DNA from: Xylanibacter ruminicola 23
GTDB taxonomy: Bacteria > Bacteroidota > Bacteroidia > Bacteroidales > Bacteroidaceae
Direction: 5' to 3'
Assembly (NCBI RefSeq): GCF_000025925.1
Contig: NC_014033.1
Coordinates: 1,740,001 to 1,772,000 of the forward strand
Length of the DNA: 32,000 bases
In this document: piece after piece, positions 16,942-25,475 of the stretch
Numbering within the stretch: the stretch's first letter is position 1
How the letters are laid out: every line of letters begins with the position of its first letter
Translations under genes and position numbers: made by a program
Notes under the pieces: model-generated
Database searches by the model: none
What the model saw: the letters and a program-made list of their open reading frames with translations, nothing else
What the model was told of the DNA's origin: nothing

Positions 16942-18256
16942 ATCTTTCTTTTGTTATTTGTTCCAATGATTTACCACGGGTGTTAGGCATACCGATAAGA
17001 CCAACCACGAGCGATGCCAGCAGCAGGGCCACCATGCAGTAGGCAGCCAGTGTAAAGCCCTCGCCATTGTTGCCATAGATAAAGGTGAACACCAGTCCCC
17101 ATACAGCCGACAGGCCACGAACGATGAAGAACATCAGTCCCTGCGCACCGGCACGGAACTTGGCAGGGAACAGCTCCGAGCCCCACAAGGCGTAGAACAC
17201 CTGTACCGAGCTACCGTTGTTAACACCCCACAGGATGGTGAACACCCAGATACCTGCGATGGTTGACACGCCACCACCGATGATAAGAATCCACGCGGTG
17301 AGCGCTGCTGCCAAACCGAACACATAGAAGAAGCGGTGTGCCACCTTATCAACCATAAACGAGATGATAAACGTGGTTACCACTACAAACACCCAACTAA
17401 TGCAACTCAGCATGTTGGCTGCCTCGTTGCTCAGTCCGCCAGCGGTCTCGTAAATGTGTGGCATAAAGAATCCCATCACACTGGCCACCAGGTTCCAGGT
17501 AAGGTAGATGGCTGCCAGGAAAGCCACTGTCTTCACAGCAATCTTATTGGTAAAAAGCAGCTTGATGTTATCTACTATACTGCTCTGGTCCTTCTCCTTG
17601 TTGGCGGTAAACTCGGCGCTCTCCTCCAGCTGGCGCTGCAGGTTCCAGGCAATGAAAGCCACCACAAACAGGGTAGCGAACACTACACGCGAAGAGAATA
17701 CCTCGACAGCAGCCTGAGCCGCATCGGCACCGATGATATCGTGGGCGATAGCCTCGACCGGACCGTACAGATAACCGCCCGGCGCAAACAGCATACCGAA
17801 CAGCAGGATGCACATCGGACCTACGCCCCACGACATCTGCGAGATACAGATGTTACGACCGCGGTTGTTCACCTCCGAACTCTCAGAGATATAGGTCCAC
17901 GAGGCGGGCACACCGATACCTACCGAGATACCTGTTACCAGGAATCCAGCCAGCAGCATGGGGAAGTTCATCGACAGCATGATGATGAGCACACCCGTCA
18001 TATACACCAGCAGGTTGTAGGTAAAGATGAACTTACGACCGAACTTATCGGCCAGGAAACCACCGATGATAGCACCGATGGCGGCACCCAGCGCATTGGC
18101 ACTGAGTGCGTTCAGCCAACCTAAGTGCATCTCGCTCAAACCCAAGTAGTTCTGCCACAGCGTTACGCCACTGGCACCAGCAACGATGGCGCCTGCATCC
18201 AGGTAGTTATTGAGAGACACGGCCAGCGTGCTCTTCAGCGAACTCGACTTAGCCAT
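16925..18256 (-). CDS. MFS sugar-porter-family transporter (candidate L-rhamnose:H+ symporter)
   Basis: 443 aa and about 12 hydrophobic segments. Sugar-porter motifs are GGFLADKFGRK, ISESSEVNNRGR, PAKFRAGAQG and NTRGKSLEQI. It is embedded between rhaA and rhaD. Confidence 0.85.
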   Translation of the reverse strand: MAKSSSLKSTLAVSLNNYLDAGAIVAGASGVTLWQNYLGLSEMHLGWLNALSANALGAAIGAIIGGFLADKFGRKFIFTYNLLVYMTGVLIIMLSMNFPMLLAGFLVTGISVGIGVPASWTYISESSEVNNRGRNICISQMSWGVGPMCILLFGMLFAPGGYLYGPVEAIAHDIIGADAAQAAVEVFSSRVVFATLFVVAFIAWNLQRQLEESAEFTANKEKDQSSIVDNIKLLFTNKIAVKTVAFLAAIYLTWNLVASVMGFFMPHIYETAGGLSNEAANMLSCISWVFVVVTTFIISFMVDKVAHRFFYVFGLAAALTAWILIIGGGVSTIAGIWVFTILWGVNNGSSVQVFYALWGSELFPAKFRAGAQGLMFFIVRGLSAVWGLVFTFIYGNNGEGFTLAAYCMVALLLASLVVGLIGMPNTRGKSLEQITKERYGETV

Positions 18257-18260
18257 CGTC

Positions 18261-19511
18261 TTAGCGTTTTGAAGTCACATCCTGCTCGTACTGCTGGATG
18301 GCAGCGATAAACTCCTCGCCTACAGGCACGTTGTTCTTCAGGTTGAAGTAGTCGAACACAGCACCGAAAGGCAGACTCTTAGCCTCTTCCATCAGGGCCA
18401 GACGCTCAAAGTTCTGTCCGTTGTCCTCGTACTTACGCAGCAGCTCCTTTGGCTCCAACAGGGCCTGCAGGATGCACTTCTGCGTGGCACGGGCACCGAT
18501 GATATAAGCACCGATACGATTGATTGAGGCATCGAAGTAGTCGAGACCCACGTGGGCACGATCGAGCGCATCGCTACGTACCAGCTCCTTGAACAGGTCG
18601 AGTGTCTGGTCGTTCATGATGGTTACGTGGTCAGAGTCCCAACGTACTGGGCGACTTACGTGCAGCATCAGCTCGGGCACATACATCAGCAGGGTTGATA
18701 CAAAGTCGGATACGTTCTCGGTCTGCTCGTAGTGACCGGTATCGATGGTGTACATCTGCTTGCGGGTAGCACAGTAGGCGGTGTAGAAATCATGACTGCC
18801 CACGGTGTAGCTCTCCAGTCCGATACCAAACAGTTTGGCCTCGAAGCAGTTCTTTACGCCATCCAGCTTCTCCTCCATAATCTCATCGAGCGAGGCAGCC
18901 AAGATTTCGCGGTACTTCTTGCGCTGTACGGGCATGTCCTTGCTTCCATCGTGTACCCAGATGTTCATGATACAGGGATCGTTCTGCGCCTTACCCATGG
19001 CATCGGCGATACGACGGCAACGCTTGGTGTGCTCAATCCAGAAGTCGCGGATGGCCTTATCGGGGTTAGAAAGAGTGAGACTGCCGCTCTTGGGGTGCGA
19101 GAAGCTCGACGAGTTGAAGTCGAGTTTCATGTTCTGCTCCTTGGCCCAGTCGATCCAGCTCTGGAAGTGCTCCACGTCACACTGGTCGCGATCTACGAAC
19201 TTTCCACCAAAGTCGCCATATATCTCGTGCAGGTTCAGGCGGTGGTTACCAGCCAGCAGGGTCTTTACAAATTCGATATCCTGGCGCACCTCGTCGATAT
19301 TACGGGCACGTCCGGGGTAGTTACCAGTGGTTTGGATACCACCACTCAGGGCCTCGTTACGCTCAAAGCCCACTACATCATCAGTCTGCCAGCAGTGCAG
19401 CGAAATCTGCTGTGCCTGCAGTTGGTTCAACACGGCGTCGGTATCAACGCCTACGGCAGCGTAGCGCTCTTTGGCTACGGCATACGCTTTTTCAATTAGT
19501 TCTGTTTTCAT
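18261..19511 (-). CDS. rhaA: L-rhamnose isomerase
   Basis: 416 aa and collinear with E. coli RhaA, for example SLHCWQTDDV.GFE, GGIQTTGNYPG.ARN, LHVSRPVRWDSDHV and GLDYFDASINRI. Confidence 0.95.
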   Translation of the reverse strand: MKTELIEKAYAVAKERYAAVGVDTDAVLNQLQAQQISLHCWQTDDVVGFERNEALSGGIQTTGNYPGRARNIDEVRQDIEFVKTLLAGNHRLNLHEIYGDFGGKFVDRDQCDVEHFQSWIDWAKEQNMKLDFNSSSFSHPKSGSLTLSNPDKAIRDFWIEHTKRCRRIADAMGKAQNDPCIMNIWVHDGSKDMPVQRKKYREILAASLDEIMEEKLDGVKNCFEAKLFGIGLESYTVGSHDFYTAYCATRKQMYTIDTGHYEQTENVSDFVSTLLMYVPELMLHVSRPVRWDSDHVTIMNDQTLDLFKELVRSDALDRAHVGLDYFDASINRIGAYIIGARATQKCILQALLEPKELLRKYEDNGQNFERLALMEEAKSLPFGAVFDYFNLKNNVPVGEEFIAAIQQYEQDVTSKR

Positions 19512-19517
19512 TGTTTT

Positions 19518-21002
19518 CTATTTATTATTAGTTATGTTCAGATATGTCTCATAAGCCTCATCCCAAGCAGTCTGGTCGGTGGGTTCGTACTTCACCAGAT
19601 CAAGACTGTTGGCAATGATGCGGCGCATCTCCCAGATATCATTTACCAGTCCGGCAGCCTGGGCCTGCAGCATGATGTTGCCGATGGCGGTACCCTCTTG
19701 TGGACCGGCCAGTACGGTTGCACCGGTGGCGTTGGCGGTAAACTGGTTCAGATACTTGTTCAAACTGCCACCACCAATCACGTGCAGTGTCTTTAATTCG
19801 AATGGAGCAAACTCCTGCAGCCACTGGAACACCTGTTTGTAGCGCAGAGCCAGCGAGTCGAAGATACAACGACAGATTTCGGCCGGTGTTTCGGGCACAG
19901 GCTGATGGGTGTCGCGACAGTACTGCTGGATGGCACCAATCATGGATTTGGGCGATGCAAACAGCTGGTCGTCGGGGTTGATAATTGAGCGGAATGGCTC
20001 AACCTGCATGGCCGAACCCTGCAGCTCGGGATGCGACAACTTGCGCACCTCGTCGGGCCACTCCAGTCGGCAGCGCTCGTACAGCCACATACCACAGATA
20101 TTCTTCAGGAAACGGGTGGTACCCTCTACGCCACCCTCGTTGGTAAAGTTGCGATCGTACGAGAGGTCGTTGATGATGGCATCCTTGGTCTCGATACCCA
20201 TCAGGCTCCAGGTACCGCTACTCAGATAGGCAAACTGCTCGTTCTTGGCAGGCACGGCTGCCACAGCCGAACCGGTGTCATGACCAGCCACAGCTATCAC
20301 GGGCACAGCGCCCAGTCCGGTCAGCTGCTGCACCTCGTCGGTCAGCACACCAATCCGGGTGCCAGGCATCACCATCTTGCCAAACTTACCGCGGTCTAAT
20401 CCTACCGATGCCAGAAGGCGCTCGTCGAGCTGCTTGGTACGTGGGTCGAGCAACTGCGAGGTAGATGCGATGGTATATTCGCACACGGCCTCGCCCGTCA
20501 GCATCCAACTCAGTGCATCGGGCACAAACAGTATCTGCTTGGCGTGCTTCAGCGCGCTGTTATTCTCCTTGCGCATGGCGTAGAGCTGGAACAGCGAGTT
20601 AAAGAACATAAACTGTATGCCTGTTACATCATACACCTCTTTCTTTGTAACGACGTTCTGCAGATAATCGTCCATCGCCTCGAAGGTGATGGGATCGCGG
20701 TAGGCACGCGGATTACGCAGGATGGCGTTGTCCTCGCCTATCATCACAAAGTCCACACCCCAGGTATCGATACCGATGCTCACGATATCCAGTCCGCGGC
20801 GTGCCACCTCTTTCAGGCCCTTGATAATCTCGAAATACAGGGCGTAGATATCCCAGTAGTAATGACCGCCCTGCACAATCAGGTTATTGGGAAAGCGGGT
20901 CACCTCTTCCAGTTCGAATTTGTTATCGTTGATACGGCCGATGATGGTTCGACCGCTGGTAGCACCAAGGTCTACCGAAAAAAAGTATTTTTGATTATTC
21001 AT
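19518..21002 (-). CDS. rhaB: Rhamnulokinase (FGGY carbohydrate kinase family)
   Basis: 494 aa with the FGGY N-terminal block FSVDLGATSGR, plus GIDTWGVDF, HDTGSAVAA and IGGGSLN. It lies 6 nt upstream of rhaA. Confidence 0.9.
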   Translation of the reverse strand: MNNQKYFFSVDLGATSGRTIIGRINDNKFELEEVTRFPNNLIVQGGHYYWDIYALYFEIIKGLKEVARRGLDIVSIGIDTWGVDFVMIGEDNAILRNPRAYRDPITFEAMDDYLQNVVTKKEVYDVTGIQFMFFNSLFQLYAMRKENNSALKHAKQILFVPDALSWMLTGEAVCEYTIASTSQLLDPRTKQLDERLLASVGLDRGKFGKMVMPGTRIGVLTDEVQQLTGLGAVPVIAVAGHDTGSAVAAVPAKNEQFAYLSSGTWSLMGIETKDAIINDLSYDRNFTNEGGVEGTTRFLKNICGMWLYERCRLEWPDEVRKLSHPELQGSAMQVEPFRSIINPDDQLFASPKSMIGAIQQYCRDTHQPVPETPAEICRCIFDSLALRYKQVFQWLQEFAPFELKTLHVIGGGSLNKYLNQFTANATGATVLAGPQEGTAIGNIMLQAQAAGLVNDIWEMRRIIANSLDLVKYEPTDQTAWDEAYETYLNITNNK

Positions 21003-22314
21003 ATATCATATGTTGTAGTTGTTCTTTCGAAACGGGGTTCTTGGCAAAGGCCAGCGGCTTGCCGTCGATGGTAAAATCTACCAGCTCGTACTTATCCGAT
21101 GTCTTCACGTCGTAAGGCGTCGGGGTTTCCACCTGGATGTTACGCATCACGATGTTGTTGCATCTCGACAGCGGCATGTCGTCGCGCTGCTCGGGCTTAA
21201 AGAACTGTGTCCAGGGGTGGATAAACAAAAAGCGCTTGCAGTGACCGGTGATGTTCTCAACCAGCACATACTCGTAGTGCTGCGGCGTGTCGGGACGCAT
21301 TTTCAACCACAGCACACGGTCGGCACGCTCGGTGTAGCAGTTGCGCAGAATCACGTTGCGGTCGTGCAGCGACTCCGAACCCAGCGTCAGGCAGCCGTGT
21401 ACCTTTCCGTAGTGACAGTTCTGAATCAGTATGCGCTCGCAATCGCCGTTGGTCTCGTCCTTGTCGGCCCAGGTTCCCTTACCGCCTTTCAGCACCACGG
21501 CATCATCGTTCACGTGCATATAGCAGCCGTTGATGAGCACATCGGTGCAGGCGTCGATATCGATGGCATCGCTCGATGGCGCGCCACGTGTGGGGTCGGG
21601 CTCCCAGATATTCTCGGTGGGGGCATAGATGTAGCAATCCAGATAGCGCACGTGGTTGCTCTTGTACACATGGTTAGTCCAGAAGGGCGAGTTAACCAGA
21701 TGCACATCCTGAATGGTGACGTTTGTTGAGTTCGACACATAGGTGAGTCGTGGGCGCTGCGCATCCTTGTTGGTACACTGGGGGTTCCACTTGCGACGAA
21801 TCCAGAACTCCTGCCAGTAGTTCAGTCCGTTACCATCGATGGTACCCTTACCACTGATGGTAAAACCGTCCAGTCCGTCGGCATTCACCAGGGCACAGAA
21901 GTAGGTGCAGGTTTCGCCCTCGATACGGGTCTTGATATAGGGGAAATCGATGATGCGATCGGAGCCCTTCAATCGTCCGATTACATGCAGGTGCGTACCC
22001 TGCTTAAAGAACAAGGCGCCTGTAAGGAAAGTGCCCTCGGGGATAACCACCACGCCACCACCCTCTTGGGCAGCACGGTCGATGACAGCCTGGATGGCCT
22101 TGGTCTGCACCACGGTAGAATCGCGACGCACACCAAAGTCGGTAATCACATACTGCTTACCCAGCTTAGCCACATCAACTTTAGTAGTATCCTTAAACCA
22201 CGCGTCCATCACGGTCTGGTCGGGCCAAACCTCAACGGCGGGTTTCTTCTTGGGTTTTGCAACTCCCGTAGCAACCAGCGCCACGGCAAGCAACAAGAGC
22301 ACTATTCTTCTCAT
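20995..22314 (-). CDS. Secreted GH28-like beta-helix glycosidase (divergent; rhamnogalacturonan/galacturonan hydrolase candidate)
   Basis: 439 aa with the signal peptide MRRIVLLLLAVALVATGVA. The N-terminal block IQAVIDRAAQEGGGVVVIPEGTFLTGALFF parallels the GH28 module at 3042. Degenerate GH28 blocks are SSDAIDID, NDDAVVLKGGKG, HGCLTLGSE and LWLKMR. Its stop overlaps the rhaB start by 8 nt (ATGAATAA). Confidence 0.7.
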   Translation of the reverse strand: MRRIVLLLLAVALVATGVAKPKKKPAVEVWPDQTVMDAWFKDTTKVDVAKLGKQYVITDFGVRRDSTVVQTKAIQAVIDRAAQEGGGVVVIPEGTFLTGALFFKQGTHLHVIGRLKGSDRIIDFPYIKTRIEGETCTYFCALVNADGLDGFTISGKGTIDGNGLNYWQEFWIRRKWNPQCTNKDAQRPRLTYVSNSTNVTIQDVHLVNSPFWTNHVYKSNHVRYLDCYIYAPTENIWEPDPTRGAPSSDAIDIDACTDVLINGCYMHVNDDAVVLKGGKGTWADKDETNGDCERILIQNCHYGKVHGCLTLGSESLHDRNVILRNCYTERADRVLWLKMRPDTPQHYEYVLVENITGHCKRFLFIHPWTQFFKPEQRDDMPLSRCNNIVMRNIQVETPTPYDVKTSDKYELVDFTIDGKPLAFAKNPVSKEQLQHMIYE

Positions 22315-22341
22315 TTTTCAGTTATTTGTTTTAATCGCCTA

Positions 22342-22349
22342 CAAAATTA
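22342..22349 (-). promoter_or_regulatory. Weak internal -7 box candidate (TAATTTTG on the minus strand) in the 122-nt GH2/GH28 gap
   Basis: Matches TAnnTTTG 27 nt upstream of the ATG at 22314. I saw no well-spaced -33 TTTG. Confidence 0.3.
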
Positions 22350-22436
22350 CGGATTATTTCCGAATTAGCAGCGATACAAATTGTACTAATTGCTATCTTA
22401 TCGTACGGATTTAGTTATTTTTGGCGTACAATACGC

Positions 22437-25142
22437 TTAATTTAACTTAGGTTTCAGCTCGTCGGGACTCTCTTTCGTAAACATATCCACTCTGGGTGCC
22501 TCGCGCTCAAACAGGTGCTGAATCACCTCGGGTGCCACACGGATGGCGGGCTTGAAATCGTCCGATGCCATGTAACGCAGTATGCTGTAACGCAACTGTC
22601 GGGCCACGGGTCGGCGGTCCAGATTGCGGGTAATGTCCATCGTGGTCATCAGCAGGCGGCCGTTCAGTACGCACGCCTCTAACAGCATACCCAGTTTACG
22701 ACTTACGTGCCAGGTATCGATGGGCTGCACGATGGGCTGATAATCGGCGGGGAACTCGGCCATATTGACGACCTGCGCACGGTTGGTCAGCTCCCACCAG
22801 TTCAGGTTCTGCCAATCGTCGGTTGGGAAATAGCCGAACACGGGATGGTTGCTCTGGATATAGGCGCCGGTGGTGTGCGGCGGGCGCATCTTAAACCACG
22901 ACGTGTTCCAGAACACAGGCAGGAACGTGTGCTTTACATCGTTGCCGTAATGTATCTTGCCAGCGGCCGTCAGCAGCACATCGCCACCATCAGCCAGCAC
23001 TTGCAGGGCCTTGGCATCGAGGGTATCAGCGAAAAACAAACTGTCACACTGTATTTTGTCACAATTCAAATCGTTGGGGTACACCCAGAAATCCCACTGA
23101 TTGCTGGCCTTACCGTTAATGGCCACCTGCAGCGTAAGTTTGGTGGGCTGCTGATAAGCGGCCAAATCCAACTGCACCTTACCTAACTGGATGTTCTTAC
23201 CAAGGGGGATGGTGGTTACAGGCAGCATGCCAGTGTGGCCGGCTACGCGCCATGTTACCTGGGCACCACGCAACGCAGCAGCCGAGGCATTATACACCTC
23301 GATGGGCACCTCAAGGCGCTCGTTGTTGGTATATACAAACTTGGGGAACTTGGCCAGGGGCACTATGGGCGAACAGAACTGCGCCCAATCTTGCTGGTTG
23401 CAGTAGCCCTTCTCCAGCCAATGCACATTGAGCACACCCACCAGCGCGGTTCCCTGACCCGAATAGTCGTTCAGCCCCAACAGCTGGAAACCGGCATAAT
23501 CCTTGGTACGCAGGTTGCGCTCAATCTCGTATTTATAACACAGCGTCTGCAGTCGTCCACTGGCCTGCAGGAATTTCTCAGCCTGACTGGCCATGCCGTT
23601 ATCGGCCAGCAAATCGCGGAATATCTCAAAGTTCCTGGCTTTGTAGGCACCGGTGTATTGCGGTATCTCCTTGAAATCGGGGAAGGCGCACCACTGTCCC
23701 TGCTCGTGGGCAATGATGGGCGAGTTATTAGGTTCGCTTGACTTGTAATTGCGGGGGAATAGCAGCTGCTGATAATAATCATCATCGCTGCTGGGTGCAT
23801 GCTTGTCCCAATCCAGTCCGCGGGCACCAGCTTTTACGTGATACTCCGAACCATCGTCCCAAGCCCAGCCGCCACCTACCGATGCACCGCAGTACAGTCG
23901 GGTTGGGTCGTAGGCTTTCATCTGCTGCACCCACTCGTTGGTGTAAGGCACCCAGTTGCCAGCGGGCTCGTTGCCAGCCGCCATCATGCAGAACGAGGGG
24001 TGATGACCGTACGCATCAATCATCCTCCGGCCCTCGTCCATCAGGTACTGATCGATGGCCATACCACTGCGCAGTTTTACGCCATGGTTGGGCCACGACG
24101 GACCCTCGGGTTGCAGATACAATCCCAGTCGGTCGGCCACGGCAAAGGCGGCTTCGGGTGGACAATACGAGTGGAATCGGATGTGGTTGATGCCCCATGC
24201 CTTGCACTTCCCCAGCACACGCTCCCACGAGGCCTCGTCGGTTGGCGGATACCCCGTTTCGGGGAAACAACAGTTGCCCACCGTACCACGCAGGTACATG
24301 GGGTGGTTGTTAATCAGCATGCGGGCGCCGTCAATCTTCAACTCGCGCAGACCGAACGTTACGTTCACTGAGGTGCCCTGATAGTTTACGGTGCGGGTGT
24401 ATAGCTGCGGATGGAACTCGTCCCAGCGCACGGTATCGCTACCCAACGGCAGGCGATAGGTAGTCTCGTTGATGGTGATGTCCACCATGCCGTTCTGCAT
24501 ATCGGGCACCACCCGTTTGCGCCAGATGTGCGGGCCCTGGCGCAGTTCTATCTTACCCACAATGCCGTTCCAGTTGCCTTGCGTCTGGTCGGTTACGCTA
24601 TGCGAATCCTGACCCACGCACACGTTCTCGATGCCATTGTACACCTGGATGGTAAGCTGGTTGGGCTTGCCGTATTTTATATAAGGTGTAACATCGTAAA
24701 CATGCGGCACCGACAGCGACTGCTGATGCCCTACCCGCTGACCATTCACCATTACCGTGGTCTCGATATGCGGGCGCTCCAGGTACAGCATCACCGGCTG
24801 CCCTTTCCATTGTTTGGGCACCATCACCGTGCGCTCGTACCAGGCATTACCCACGTAATGCTTGTCGGGGGTTAGGAAGAACGGAAACTTCATCTGCCCT
24901 GCCTGGCGATAACGCGCCATGTAGGGGTTAAAATAGTAGGATGAGTCGTAGAGCGAGCTGGTCCACTTGGTGTTCACGGTTACCTCGTCGCCCTTGCCGT
25001 TTGTCAGCATCGAGCCGGGCAATCGCACCACTCCTGTTTCGCGTTCGCTACTGAACTGCCACTCGCCACTCAGGTCGATACGCTGCTGGGCCAGTGCGGG
25101 AAGCACCAGCATCAACAAGCAGCCCATTAACTTCAGTTTCAT
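22437..25142 (-). CDS. Secreted GH2-family glycosidase (beta-galactosidase/beta-glucuronidase-like)
   Basis: 901 aa with the signal peptide MKLKLMGCLLMLVLPALAQQ. It has a GH2 sugar-binding N-domain pattern (IDLSGEWQF..., VMVNGQRVG) and a TIM-barrel region with WGINHIRFHSYCPPE and NHPSFCMMAAGNEP (acid/base NE). Confidence 0.8.
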   Translation of the reverse strand: MKLKLMGCLLMLVLPALAQQRIDLSGEWQFSSERETGVVRLPGSMLTNGKGDEVTVNTKWTSSLYDSSYYFNPYMARYRQAGQMKFPFFLTPDKHYVGNAWYERTVMVPKQWKGQPVMLYLERPHIETTVMVNGQRVGHQQSLSVPHVYDVTPYIKYGKPNQLTIQVYNGIENVCVGQDSHSVTDQTQGNWNGIVGKIELRQGPHIWRKRVVPDMQNGMVDITINETTYRLPLGSDTVRWDEFHPQLYTRTVNYQGTSVNVTFGLRELKIDGARMLINNHPMYLRGTVGNCCFPETGYPPTDEASWERVLGKCKAWGINHIRFHSYCPPEAAFAVADRLGLYLQPEGPSWPNHGVKLRSGMAIDQYLMDEGRRMIDAYGHHPSFCMMAAGNEPAGNWVPYTNEWVQQMKAYDPTRLYCGASVGGGWAWDDGSEYHVKAGARGLDWDKHAPSSDDDYYQQLLFPRNYKSSEPNNSPIIAHEQGQWCAFPDFKEIPQYTGAYKARNFEIFRDLLADNGMASQAEKFLQASGRLQTLCYKYEIERNLRTKDYAGFQLLGLNDYSGQGTALVGVLNVHWLEKGYCNQQDWAQFCSPIVPLAKFPKFVYTNNERLEVPIEVYNASAAALRGAQVTWRVAGHTGMLPVTTIPLGKNIQLGKVQLDLAAYQQPTKLTLQVAINGKASNQWDFWVYPNDLNCDKIQCDSLFFADTLDAKALQVLADGGDVLLTAAGKIHYGNDVKHTFLPVFWNTSWFKMRPPHTTGAYIQSNHPVFGYFPTDDWQNLNWWELTNRAQVVNMAEFPADYQPIVQPIDTWHVSRKLGMLLEACVLNGRLLMTTMDITRNLDRRPVARQLRYSILRYMASDDFKPAIRVAPEVIQHLFEREAPRVDMFTKESPDELKPKLN

Positions 25143-25143
25143 A

Positions 25144-25461
25144 TCAATCGAGATGGAACACCTCCTGCAGAGGCTTGGTTACAGGCGAGTTGTCGGGGTT
25201 CACGTCCATAATGTCGGCCATCATGTCCCACCATTTCTGGGTGATGGGATCCACGTTGTCGGTATCCTGCGAGTTGCCCTCGCCTTCGCACTCCTGATAA
25301 CCAAACAGTATGTTGGTTTCCTTGTCCCAATAAATGCTGTAGTTGCTCACGCCGCCATCCTTAATCATTTTTACTAATTCGGGCCAGATGGCAGCATGCC
25401 TACGCTCGTATTCCTTTTCGCAACCGGGTTTCAGCTGCATCTTAAATGCAAATCGTTTCAT
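25144..25461 (-). CDS. rhaM: L-rhamnose mutarotase
   Basis: 105 aa and collinear with E. coli RhaM/YiiL at KRFAFKMQLKPG..EYERRHAAIWPEL, NYSIYWDK..N.LF and NPDNSPV...LQEVFHL. Confidence 0.92.
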   Translation of the reverse strand: MKRFAFKMQLKPGCEKEYERRHAAIWPELVKMIKDGGVSNYSIYWDKETNILFGYQECEGEGNSQDTDNVDPITQKWWDMMADIMDVNPDNSPVTKPLQEVFHLD

Positions 25462-25475
25462 TTGGTTTTACGTTA

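Noticed and set aside
17336-21729. Plus-strand ORFs (262, 255, 161, 176 and 236 aa) antisense to the MFS, rhaA, rhaB and GH28-like genes
   Set aside because: Each lies opposite a gene with strong homology-type evidence. Their translations are His/Gly/Val/Leu-rich and featureless.
22424-22436. Small hairpin GCGTA/caa/TACGC just after the GH2 stop, considered as a possible terminator
   Set aside because: The stem is only 5 bp and no U-tract follows on the minus strand. Read-through into the GH28-like/rha genes seems more likely.
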